64,000 nt of DNA from Neoconidiobolus thromboides FSU 785 (GCA_025603075.1 MU626283.1:62001-126000), one strand, 5' to 3'; counted from the stretch's first letter, positions 11,336 to 23,556 are shown. The notes: generated by a model not told the origin, from the letters alone. Translations and numbers: made by a program.

Positions 11336-13269
11336 CTAATGCTTATTAGATAAGAAAGCGATGGTATTGTTCCAAGAAGAATTCCAGGAGGTGACAAGAT
11401 TGGCAGATAGTGTAGATTGTGTTCTTTTATGTGGATTAAAAAATCTTTTCTTTGAGCTTTGTAAAAGGCTACTAAAATTATTTTGTTGTGTATTAAGAAC
11501 ATTTTGTAAATTAGGTAAATTAGGTAGAGCTCTAAACAATGTATTATTTTTCTTTCCATCCTCTTTATTATTGTTTGGTAGTAAATGCATCAGATCTAAA
11601 TTTGTATTCGGACTAATAAACTACATTTAATACTTTTATAATTTGATTTTATATTATACTTACGGTAATGCTTCTAATCGATAAGCTAAATCTATGATAT
11701 TTGATATATCTATAACTTTAGGATAATTTTGTAATAATTTCAAATTATCAGCAAAATTGCCTATCAGTAATTGATCTTTAACTAAACATAGCATAGCAAC
11801 TCCTACCATAACCATTGTATTTAAAGGTGAAATATTAGAAGCTGGGGAAACCGAAGGAAATCCATTTTCAGAAGCTAAATAAATAGGAGTATGTGAGAAT
11901 AAAGCATCCCACAGCCTTATAACATCTGGGAGATCAAATTCTTGAGATCCTAATACGGTAATCCATCTAAAAGCAAAATACGTGGGATCCAGGCCCTTAT
12001 TTTTCAAATCTTGATACAGCTCAGGTGAAACTTGTTTTAGTTTACACTCTAATAATTTTATTGTAGCGGATACTCCCACCCTCTTATCACGATCTAATTG
12101 CTTAACATATTGATCTCTAACCGACCCCATAACTGCAGTAAAAAGATAAAATGCATCTGCTTCTGCATGCTCTCTACCCATCAATGATGAGTTGGGTGAA
12201 TCGTTGGCAACAACGTAGTAAATTGGTCCTAATATCTCATTCATACCTTGGACATACCCTACCCCTGGGTTTAACTTGGCATATATAAACAAAATCCTTT
12301 CCATCGCTTCCCAATGTAAGTCAATAATCTCATCTCCTTCATCTTGAGGGATAATGATACTTAATGGATGATTGGCAATCTTATCTTCTAATTCATTTTG
12401 GGGTGTAAGTAATTCGTTGGAAGTTATTGGAGTCAATTCTACTCCATCTGACAAAAATCCATCAAGTTCTTCTAGGGTAGTGATACTATTACTACTTGAA
12501 TTTTTTGTACGATTGATCGCTCCATAACATGAATATGCTCTTTTGTGACCTTCTGGTCGCTTTCTTACACCTATATTATCTTGGCTTAATTGTTGAAATA
12601 GATATCTTCTGTCCTGAGCAGATATATTTTCAAATGGGGTAGGTTGGTCTAATATATCATTAAATGAAGTAAAGTTAAACTTCTCGCTAATAGGAGAAGA
12701 AGGTGCAGTAGAAATTCTAGAGCTTGAATCAAATACAGGCAATTGAAAAAAAGCATGGTCACTTAAAGTCCTTCTAACATCCATATCAATTTGTTCTAAT
12801 AAACTACTGTCTTTTAATATATTTGCTTGCCCTTGATTAATTTTGGTTTTTCTTAATTCTTCTTTATCTTGCTCTGTTAATGGGAATCTATGCCCTTGAT
12901 CCTCTACTAAGTCTTTTACAAAGCCATAATAAGCTCTTCGTGAATCTGCTAAATGACTTGACCACAATCTCTTATCACTGGGTAATGTACGAAGTAATAA
13001 CTTCCAACATAATGGACGATACCCTGGTACATCGGGAATACCTAGTAATGGTTAATCATTTGATTCAAGTTCATTCTTATTATCCTACCATTTGAACACA
13101 ACTTTCTTAACTGGTCCATATCCACATAATTAAGTTCTGGATAACTTTCATCCTGCTCTAATACCGGATAACTTAATAAATCGGAAAATAACTTTTTTCT
13201 ATCAATAAACATAATATTAGAGAAATATTGATAACAGTTATTGTTGATTTACCTTATATTATATTTCAT
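11336..13269 (-). CDS. TBC1D13: TBC-domain Rab GAP, TBC1D13-like; 4 exons including a last exon at 11336-11612
   Basis: LRKLCSNG|IPDVPGYRPLCWKLLL; IDMDVRRT (Arg finger); YVQGMNE (Gln finger); FAFRWITVLGSQEFDLPDVIRLWD. The ORF-track stop at 11660 lies inside a GTAAGT donor. Confidence 0.9.
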
Positions 13270-14542
13270 TATTTACAAATTCAAAAATAATCGTTAAAGA
13301 ATTTTCAATTTTAAAATTTTATCCTCTTCGGGTTCCATTAATTAAATTAGCTTCCTTATTTAGCAAAAACAATTTTCTTCAGTCAATTTTCAATAGTTTA
13401 TAAATAATTGTAAAACTTATGCACAACTTAAAGCCTAACTATTGATTTCTTTTTCACCCATTTATTTGTTTTCTTAATGAAAGGATGGCTTAGAACCCTC
13501 CCTTTTTGAATTAGGATTTCAATATTTGCCCACCTTTCGTTTTACATTTTTGGTGCTAATAAATCAACTTTTTTAAGGTTAATCTATTGTTTTTTAATCA
13601 ACAGATACCATAAAAATTTCAAAAAATCAAGATTTTTATCATTAATTGGGCTTCTGTTTTAGCCTTCTTTTTAGATTTAGTAACAAGACGGATAAATGAT
13701 AAAACTCAGTCTTCTAAAATTAGCTTATTGAATAACAATCTTATTATAAGATAAAGCTAAATAAAATGGAATAATTAATATTAACGACTAATCAGTTTAA
13801 ACAAAAGGAAAATTGAAGTTTATCATTAGATCATGAAATTAATTTTATTAAAATCAATTGAAGAACTAAAATGACTTATGTCTATTATTAGTACTTAAAT
13901 CACTTTTGATGTTTTTATTTTTAGACCTTTTTTTCAAAATAGTTGGCAATGTTATAATATTTTTAAAGCAGACAGCTTCAATTCAAAAAGCAAAGAACCT
14001 TTTAATTAAAAAGCGAATGGTTTTCAGCAATAAAAAGCAAAAAAATATTTGGAATTTTGTAAAGACAATCAATATATTTCAAAATATGATGACAGAAACT
14101 TTATACATTACTAATAAAAATGTTATTATAAAAAAGCAGTTCCTATATTAATATTATACTATTTAAAAGCATCCTTATTAAAATATACGTTAATAATAAA
14201 TCAAACCTTTTAACTAAATTAGAAAAGTATTTCAAGGCTAGTTTAATTTATGATTTTCCGCATTATAATAAAGTATTGGTTTCTATTGATAATGAAAATA
14301 ATTACTATATTCTATACTGTTACTATTGACGCAACAATCCAACTGTGCTGCTCTTATTAGAATTAACAATGAACTATTTAATAAATAGAGCAAATAATAA
14401 ATAGAGCAAAGTTCTTCAGCCTTTTCATATTTTATTTGGTAAAGTATATTGAAGTTCATTATCTAAAGATATTGTAACTATTAACGCCAGTCATTTTTCT
14501 TTTTCACGCTTTCTGCCTATTTTTTCTTGCTTTTAATCAACG

Positions 14543-14647
14543 TATGAGGATGTTTTTTTTGGTTTTATTACTTTTCCATTTTTTAAGCGCTATTTGAGTG
14601 GAAATATTGTTAGTAAAATTGTTAAACAAAAAAATACATCCCCATAT
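14543..14647 (+). mobile_element. MITE-like TIR element, copy 6 (A, close to consensus)
   Basis: tatgaggatgttttttttggttttattacttttcc..taagcgctatttgagtggaaatattgttagtaaaattgttaaacaaaaaaatacatccccatat. Confidence 0.92.
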
Positions 14648-14780
14648 TCTAACAAATCTCAAACAAATTAAAATCTGATAAAAACTAAAATGAATGATCT
14701 TCAAAAAAATAATCAAACTTTTTTATTTTAATTAATGTAAACTATCAAAAATAATTATGATTAATATTAAATTATATAAC

Positions 14781-16586
14781 TTAAGAATTATTAGTATTAA
14801 TATTAGCATTTTCAACTAAAAAATCTAATAATTTTTTCTTATCTACTACTTCAACAAGTTGTCGAACTGCATTAAGTTGTCGATAAACTGGACGTGCTAT
14901 TTTTATATAGGGTTTGGTTAAAGCTTCTTTTGAAACCCCTGGAATAATGGATTCGATTTCTTCATTGTTATCTTCCTTTTGAGTGCTCTATAATACAATC
15001 AGTATGCAAAAATAATAGTTTGAAAAAGAATTACTGTTATTTCATTGATAAGTTTCTTGAACTTTTCCCTTAAGTCATTATTAACAGTAGAGTCACTGTC
15101 CACAGTACCCTTTGGCTCTTCTTTTGTTTCTTTATTTTTAGTAATGTTTCCAAGTGAGTTGATTACCTAATAAAAAAACATTAACCAAAATAAAATTTAA
15201 TTGAACAAAATTTACATTTAATTGATTTTGAACATTAGTACGTGGTTCAATAAGTTTAGCAATAATATCTTGCTGCATGATGTTTTTGATTTCATTAAAG
15301 CGTGCAAGTTTTTTATTCCTAAACCAATGTCAATAAACTTGTAATTGTATGAAACATAAAACCATTTTACTCTGCAACTTTTGTAACAAACTCCATAGTT
15401 ATTCTTTCTTCATCAACCTCCAGTTCATTAGAAGTATCACCCTTAGTTCCGTTTATCCCTTTAACTTGACATTTAAACTTCTTTATTTTTGGAGCAACAT
15501 GATCGGCATGAGCTGGGCATTTCCACCTACGGTGAGATTGAGGTGGGACTGCCATTGGTGGATTAACACAGTCCATATGCCAGTAACTTGGGCAATAGTC
15601 GCACCCTACCATTGGACCAGCAAATACCGATTTACGGCATTTATAACAAAGTATAATGTTATTATCTTTATCCCTAACCTTTTTAAAATGATTTATATCA
15701 GTTTGTACAGGCCCAGTTCTATATAAAGAATCAGAAATAAATAAATATGCCGTAGAAAACTACCTTTGTTTTGGGTTTTTTAATACTGAGGTGTCAACAA
15801 ATTCTCCAAATTCATTAGTACCAACTATAAAGTATTAGAAAATATGCTTAAATAAAGCTTTAGTTATTTCACCTCCTTCAAAAAGATTTTTTATCTCATT
15901 TGGAATATTAAATGAAGATGGATTTTTACGGTTTATAACTTCTAATAAATTGCCAAAAATGCCTTTAGTTGAAAATCCTTTTGGTAACTAAAATAAATAT
16001 TAAAGGTTTTTTACGATTAAATACATAAACCGAAATTACAGGCAATGGCTTGCACACTCTACAATACCAATCATCAGCAGGAAGATTATCAGGATCAACT
16101 GGTGGATCAAGGCAAGTGAAATGAAAGGAACGTGGGCAACTATCACAGCATAAAAAAGTGCCCGTGCCATTACAACATTCACAGTAATCATTATTCTTTA
16201 TAAAGATAAGAAATTATTTGGTTATTTAATTAATTTAAATAAAAATTTACCCTTTTGAAGTCAAAGTTTTTAAAATTCAATTGAGTTACGGCAGTTTTTT
16301 TCCTGGTACTCTTTCTAAAAGCAGGCTTAAAAGGGTCATCATTGATTGGGAATATTCTGCTATCAATTTTTATTATTATACCTTAATATTAAATGATGAA
16401 ATATACTTACTCTTTCTTTTTCTTTTTTTTAGGGGAAGTTATATGTTCACTCTTGTTTGCATTTTCTGGAGCATGGGTTAAAGTTATTACCGGGTTAGGT
16501 TGAGGAATAGGAGCATTATGATTTAGTGCAAATAAATTCACCGGGTCTGATTCCTTAACTTCATTAATCCGTTTCATTTTTAGCAT
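14781..16586 (-). CDS. RCO1: Double-PHD-finger Rpd3S subunit (Rco1/Cph1-2/PHF12-like), multi-exon
   Basis: PHD1 NNDYCECCNGTGTFLCCDSCPRSFHFTCLDPPVDPDNLPADDWYCRVC; linker GIFGNLL..KNPSSFNIPNEIKNLFEG; PHD2 CYKC..CDYCPSYWHMDCVNPP..WKCPAH. Confidence 0.88.
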
Positions 16587-16675
16587 TAAATACTTATTAA
16601 CTAATCAAAAATGATTAATAGTATTAAAAGAAAATTTAGTTTAAATATTAATGGAGTAAGTCATTTGATGATTTA

Positions 16676-16685
16676 TAGCCAATCA
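16676..16685. promoter_or_regulatory. CCAAT box upstream of RCO1
   Basis: TAGCCAATCA ~90 nt upstream of the ATG. Confidence 0.45.
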
Positions 16686-17488
16686 AACAGGATTCATTTG
16701 GTTGGGCAAGTGGATGTGCCCTTTTATTTGATCATTTATTTATTTACTCAATTAAATGTGAAGAAATCTTAAATTCAAATAATATTCAATGTTACAACGT
16801 CTCTAGAAGTAAAAGAGACCCCTACAGTTAGACATATTTGAATAAAATTGTGTATTACTTTTCGTGTTGATATAATTATTCTAGTATATTATGATTCAAA
16901 ACAAAATGTAACTTAATGAGCTTAAAATATTATATATTACCTCTTTAGTATATTCTTGGTTATAAAGATATAAAATACTAGTATAAGTTTAAAACAGAAG
17001 ACGTATTAGAAACTAAAAAACAGCTAAATATAAATATAATAAAAATTTATTCTCTTTGATCAATCAGAAGAGTTAAAGCATTTATAATATTAAAAATACA
17101 CAAAATTAGAACATTAATTTATAATGTACTTCACTATCCTTATAACTACACTTTATACTTATGACCATTACCAGAAGTTTTATATTAAATTATAAATTTC
17201 AGCATTTTGGTTTATAAAATATGTTTAAAAATAACAACTTGCTTGAAAAAAATTACCAAAATCCTCTATCTTTAAAAACAATAGACTGTATAAAAATAGA
17301 AGGATAAAATATTACTGTTTATCAGATAGTATATAAAATTAAATTAAAAATAATAATACCGGATAAAAGCAAAAACTAAATGACATCACCTCCTTGGATT
17401 TTGAAATGAATACGCGAAGAATCAAAAAGAGAGCTATTATAGTATAAAAGGAATAAGAATGATGAGTTTTATTTTATTTTATAAAAAA

Positions 17489-19676
17489 ATGAAATTCAAA
17501 ATATTATTACTATTGGTAATTGTACAACTTACGTTTGCGATAAATTATTTAAGCATAAATGACATAAAAAAGGAAGAGATAGTAATAAGCAATGGGAAGA
17601 ACATCGGTATTGAAGTAAAATATAATAGCAACAACAATAAGGAGTATTTTATACATCATTTCAATAATAGTACTATTATCAATATAACCAAATTGATAAA
17701 TCAAATAGAAAATATTAAAGAAAATACTTTCTTTTTTATTGAAGATAGCTTAGCTTATGTGGACAATGACAATTACGTTAATTTGATTCAAAATAAGTTT
17801 ATAGATAATAATAATAGAATACAATATTATGGAGTAGGATTATTGTATGATTGTATGGATGTAAAAAATATACACTATAATAATAATACTATCATATACT
17901 CATGTTCAAAGCAAATAGAATATGGAGATGAAAATGAAATCTATAATGATAATGGTAAACTATATAAGCAATTACCTATTAGAAAAATAAATCATTTTGT
18001 AAAACCGGATTATATTCAACAATTATATCGTGCTTTCTTAATTATCGAAAATAATAAATATTCCTTTGATTCTTTGCCTATCGATTTATTAAAATTCACT
18101 GAACTGGTAATATTTATTTATATCTTTATTATAACACCAATGATATTATGATAGGAAAGTCCAGTTCCACCTTATGGCCATAAAAACCATTATGCATTAT
18201 CTTATAATAGTCAAAAGGTGAGTTTTATCTCGAATCAAATAAGTGAGGACAAAGAATGGAATGCTTATTGTAACGTCTACCAAGTAACTACCGATGGTTA
18301 TGAACTGCCTACCAAAATCAAGTATAGCAAACAAAGAAATTGTAATTCACCAACTTATTCAATAAATAATAATTATTTAGCATGGGTAGTAAATAACAAT
18401 GAAGTGGTGATATGGGACTTAAATAAAGATGAGCTTTATTTGAATAAAAAGATGGATAAGCGAATTATAAAAATAGAATTTAATAACAACAAAAATACTG
18501 ACAACGAATTAGAATTATTAATGTTAATTAATGAAAATGGTATACAGCATTTATATTTAACGAATTTCAAGTATTCTATTAATACCTTTTTCAATTCAAT
18601 TAAACTAAATATTGATTATTTTCAACTATTATCAAATCAAAGATTATTATTATCACTAAGTTCATTTAATATACCACCTAGAAATTACATTTATTTTATT
18701 AAAAACAACACATTAGTTCAATTAAACAATATTGACAACGATAATCATACAATAGATAATAATTATAACAACTTTTATTATTACGGTTATAAGCAAGATA
18801 AAATACACACTTATTTGTTTCATCCCAACAATAATAATAAGCTTGATTCTTTAGTTGTATTTTTACATTCCAATAATTTAAATGATGGCTTTATTAATCA
18901 ATGGTCGTACAGTAATAATTACAATGTATTTAATAATTATTATTCTTTATTAATTAACCCTCATGGTAGTATTGGGTAAGTTTATATATTATACGTTACA
19001 TATTACATATTATATATTTGTATTTTTTACTTACTTTACTTAATATAAGGTATCCTAAGCTCAACATTAATAACTATGGAATAGAAAAGAGAAACAAAAT
19101 CATTTATGAAGATATAAAATTAGGGATACAAAACATGTTAATACAATACCCAACAATCGATCATAATAAAGTATGTATTTATATAAGAGGATATTCTTTA
19201 CCAATATTGAATCAATTTAATAATACTATGTTTCAATGTGTTATTATGGAAGATATTATTATTGATTTTAAGTTAAACTATTATACTTCGGATGACTTGA
19301 ATTTTATTGAAAATATGGTAATACTTTATTTTTATACTTCTAACAATGTCCAATTGATTTTTGTTATAGTATTCATTACCACCACCTTATGCCAAACCAA
19401 ATAAATATCAAAGTAATTATAATGTCAATAAATTGCCCACTTTGATTATTCATTCCTTGAATAATTATAATATTGATTCCAATCAAGCAATAGCTACTTT
19501 TACTGATTTACAACTACACAATATAACTTCCAAATTATTGTTATTCAAATCAAATTTAACTTCTAAAAGGTAAATAATATTTCATTTTTGTTAAAATAGA
19601 GTTAATATTTTTTAAAAGTAATCAATCGAGGCGTTATTATGAGATTATGAATTGGTTAAATAAGTATTTGAAATAA
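17489..19676 (+). CDS. Secreted S9 (DppV-like) prolyl-oligopeptidase homologue with apparently lost catalytic triad; 5 exons
   Basis: Signal peptide MKFKILLLLVIVQLTFA; ESPVPPYGHKNHYALS; LVVFLHS..INPHGSIGY; LPTLIIHS..YN; NWLNKY terminus. Introns at 18107-18154, 18976-19049, 19318-19370 and ~19571-19618 keep one open frame. Confidence 0.75.
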
Positions 19677-19759
19677 AGTGTTATTATATTTACCCAATAT
19701 TATTACTATTTTATAATGCTGTTTGAATATATACTTTTTACTAATGTAAAGACTATCGA

Positions 19760-19833
19760 GTTTCCGTGGTGTAGTTGGTTATCACATCTGTCTAACACAC
19801 AGAAGGTCTCCAGTTCGAATCTGGACGGAAACA
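19760..19833 (+). tRNA. trnV(AAC): tRNA-Val, anticodon AAC
   Basis: GTTTCCG/CGGAAAC acceptor stem, TGGTT D-loop, TCTGT-CTAACAC-ACAGA anticodon arm, GTTCGAATC T-loop; no intron. Confidence 0.98.
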
Positions 19834-19839
19834 TTTTTT
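19834..19839 (+). terminator. RNA Pol III terminator (T6)
   Basis: TTTTTT immediately after the tRNA discriminator base. Confidence 0.85.
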
Positions 19840-19955
19840 ATAGATAAAATTTTGTTGATTTTTTTTTAACATCACACCTATTTCTAATACATTCAATATC
19901 CCTGGTTTCAATTTTAATAAAAATATTCAATAATTCTTATTATTTTTTAATTAAA

Positions 19956-20062
19956 ATATGGGAATGTATTTTGTATTTAAAAATTTTACTAACAATTTTT
20001 TCCCTTAGATAGCACTTAAAAGATGGAAAAAATGATGAAGCCAAAAAAAACATCCCCCATAT
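19956..20062 (-). mobile_element. MITE-like TIR element, copy 7 (B)
   Basis: atatgggaatgtattttgtatttaaaaattttactaacaattttttcccttagatagcacttaaaagatggaaaaaatgatgaagccaaaaaaaacatcccccatat. Confidence 0.88.
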
Positions 20063-20134
20063 TCTATTTGTTTATTTATTTAGTTTTAAACAGTATTGAG
20101 TAGAAAAACCATTTATAGAATTATTAAAAAAATA

Positions 20135-20239
20135 GATGTAGATGTTTTTTTTTACTTCATTACTTTTTCCATTTTTAGGCCCTATTTAAGCGGAGAGATT
20201 GTTAGCAAAATTCTTAAACAAAAAAATACATCTCCAGAT
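20135..20239 (+). mobile_element. MITE-like TIR element, copy 8 (A; inverted partner of copy 7)
   Basis: gatgtttttttttacttcattactttttcc..ggccctatttaagcggagagattgttagcaaaattcttaaacaaaaaaatacatctcca. Confidence 0.83.
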
Positions 20240-20507
20240 GTTAATATCTTATTTATTCATCTTAAACAAAAAAAGATTAGAGTATATAAAATTATAGTAT
20301 AGCCATTAGAAAAATTAATTAGGATAAAAATTAAAACAAGGATAATCAATTTAGTAGTATTCTACCCTAGCCGAAATTAATCTATTTTCAGAACATTAAA
20401 TTGCATTATTTTTCCATAGCCAAAAGAACAAACGATTTCAAACTTGGTAAACCAAAAATAAAAAGCTTGATATTTTTAAACATTACTTGTTTAATCAGTT
20501 CTAGAAA

Positions 20508-21237
20508 ATGGGCAAAGCTAAAGTTAGTGAAGCTAGTAAACGAGCTAGTGGTAAGCATACAATAAGCGTAATTAAAGTAGTCTGTTTACTAATACTAAAT
20601 CTTTTTTTATATTAGAATGGTAAATTGATAATAGCTGAATAAATTTTCAAAGATAAATAATAACTTACTTGATAAATTAAAGGAATTCATTATTAAAATG
20701 GGCACGAAAAGAACGAGGACCATATTTAGATATCAATACATTAACTTATCATTACAGTTTGGAACATTATAAAGTTTTAGAAGAAAAAGAGAACAAAATT
20801 AAAAACAATCAAACTTATTTGAAGGCAATGAACCATCAAACAAATATTCAAAGGTAAAGATTTGGAATTTTAGAACTGAGATTTAGCTAGTTGAAGAATT
20901 AATAGTTTTTCTTAATATTAATGGATATATTTTTTTTATAGAGAATATGAGCAATTTAAGAAAGAACAAATGGATTTACAAGCCAAAGTAATCCAAGCAC
21001 AAACCGAATTGGGTCTTGATTTGTCTTCAGATAACGAGTTGAATATTGATAAAACTTTTTGGAATTTATCGAGTAGTAAAAATGGTAAAGAAAATCAAAG
21101 TAAGTTTTATTCATTATTGATTATTTATTAAACTATTTATTAATTTTTATAATAATAAAACTATAGAACCCACAGCTAGTGTAACCAATCCAAATCCAAC
21201 AGGACGTCGAGGTAGACCAAGGAAAATACTTGACTAA
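20508..21237 (+). CDS. Small nuclear protein (~150 aa) with C-terminal AT-hook; 5 exons including a 4-nt micro-exon (missed by ORF track)
   Basis: Spliced product MGKAKVSEASKRAS-EW-NSLLKWARKERGPYLDINT..EYEQFKKEQMDLQAKV..PTGRRGRPRKILD*. All four introns are GT-AG and the frame is continuous. Confidence 0.8.
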
Positions 21238-21271
21238 TCGAATTTTACTATCGTTTATTCTTAATTATCTA

Positions 21272-23088
21272 TTACCTTGTTCCTTTAATAAACTCGTTGT
21301 TATTTCTCTTTGCTTTTTCTTCATTTAGTAGATAAATGCTTAGCATTGAAAACAATAGTATCCCTAAGGGCACTAACAAAATATATTTAAAACTAGGAAG
21401 TAGTATTAAGATTACTAATGAAACTATAGGGGCTAATGTAAACCCTAAGGTTTGATAATTATGATAATGAGCAAAGAATTCATGCTCTCTGGAGGAAGGT
21501 AAGTAGGCTAAAAAGTAGACGCGGAATAAAGATTCTAAATTAGAGATAATCATACCTTCCATGAAATTATATAAATAAATAGGCCAATTCTCAAAAGTTA
21601 GTATAGGATGTGAAGTTGAATCCTTATTATTATCCAAGTTATTAAATAATGAAAAATTATTGCTGTTATTTAAAACTTTGGTTAGATTAGTTGTATTTGT
21701 ATTAAAATTAAAAATTAAAAATAATGATATTGGTATTAACATATAAAATAAATGAAATACTAATAATGCTTTTTTAGTCCTTATTTTAAAATAGGACATA
21801 CTCCAATTGAATGCTATTAACCCAATAATAGATCCCAAGGAAGACAATAATATCAGAAAAATCAACTGAAACAATGTAGAATTTGTATTTGTGTTACTAT
21901 CATTATTATAAATTACAATACTTAATAATTTAAAACTATATAGTAATAAATGAACTAAAAATACATTGCAACAAACTAGATAAATTCGTCTTAATTTCCA
22001 TATATAAAATAAAGATTGAAAAATTCGATAAATTAAAAATTGGCTTGTTGAATATTCTCTAGGTGCTGGACGAAATACTCGATTAGGTAAGTATCTTGAG
22101 GAGATTATTATTAACATTAAATACCAGCTACCTATTATCATACAACATAATCTTAAACCAAAGAAATTGGCTTGATAATAAACTGTAATTAAACACAAAC
22201 TACCACTTAATAAAGTACCTAATATAGAAAATAAAATATTAATATCAAAATAATCAAAAACATATTCAAATAAACTTACCTAAATGACCGAACACTAAAT
22301 CTTTTGTACTTAAATTATTAGCCACTTTTTCCAATACTTGAAAATAAATCGTGGGAGAATTGGGTAAGATATGACTTGCTCTTTTTGTCCTTGGATGATG
22401 TTGGGTTAATGTATGAATATAACCATATCTATAAACAGCTATAGTTGCGTAAAAAATTTTACTTAAGGCAATTAATACAATTCCAAAATAGAACAATTTT
22501 TCAACATTGGAAATAGAGAGAATTAGGATCGATATTATGGAAACAAAAGTTCCTAATAATAGTAACAGAAATTTTCGATAATAACCGTAATCAGCTAAAG
22601 CACCTAAAAAATGAGAAAAATTAGTGTATGTCCTTTGAACGTTTGATGATAAGCAGTAAATGAAACTTACCTAACCATAAACTCATTATAATTTGGAATA
22701 ATAATATAATTGAATAAAATATTAATGTAAATAATGTAGAATTCATAATCTTATTCCCAAATTTCAAAGAACAATTTTCATTAGATTGAAAACTACATTG
22801 TGCCAATAACCCGTCTGTATCCCCCTCATTTCTGGCCTCCTCATTCTCTTTAATAATTTTCATCCCTAACTTTATTATCCAACCATCTAATAGAATCGGT
22901 AAGATCAAATTTGATAAGATTGATTGAAATGGCAAACAAGCCATTGAGTATACATAATAACCTTTTAGTTCTTTTTGAGTAACTTCACTAGGCATATAAG
23001 GGTCCCGATGTGGATCTTCCATTAAATATATATTTTCGGCTATAGGTACATCATCAAAATATGTGTTTCGGGTTGTGGAATAACTCAT
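21272..23088 (-). CDS. ATG22: Atg22-like vacuolar MFS amino-acid efflux transporter (divergent), 3 exons
   Basis: KELKGYYVYS..ILPILLD, CSLKFG, GALADYGYYRKFLLL and multiple TM helices fit the Atg22/UMF1 pattern. Confidence 0.72.
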
Positions 23089-23531
23089 TTTTGTTAAATA
23101 TTGAATATATAAGATGACTAAATTTGATTATCTATTATTATTATTAGCTAGTTTAATAAGTTGAAAAGAAATTGGTGCTTATGATAAATTGATTACTTAT
23201 CAATATCTTAATTAATTAATTTGTATTATTATTTGATTTTTTTAGTAACTTCAAATTGAAATTAATAAAAAATTAATGATATGACTAAATTTAGTAATTT
23301 TTAGCTTACTCTAAGAACTCTGAAATTTAACTAATTTTATTTTAACTCACAAAAATAAAATATTGATTTAAAAATATATATTAAAAATAATACCTGTTAT
23401 TAATCCAAGAAAGAACAAATAATATAGAGAAAATAGATAATAAAAGACTGTGTGTATGAGGTTACTAAGTTAATATCAATATTTATTTGAAAAGCTTTTT
23501 AAAAGCATTAAAAATATTTATTATTAATAAT

Positions 23532-23556
23532 AAAGAAAGAAAGAAAGAAAGAAAGA
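23532..23556. repeat. (AAAG)6 microsatellite
   Basis: aaagaaagaaagaaagaaagaaaga. Confidence 0.9.

Noticed and set aside
13906-14151. 81-aa ORF, and similarly 28395-28601, 43626-43835, 61753-61956
   Set aside because: TTG or weak starts with K/I/N/F-rich composition typical of random AT-rich DNA, and no motifs.
20096-20302. 68-aa ORF, and similarly 61391-61603
   Set aside because: These frames run through MITE copies 8 and 15; they are chance ORFs in low-complexity repeat sequence.
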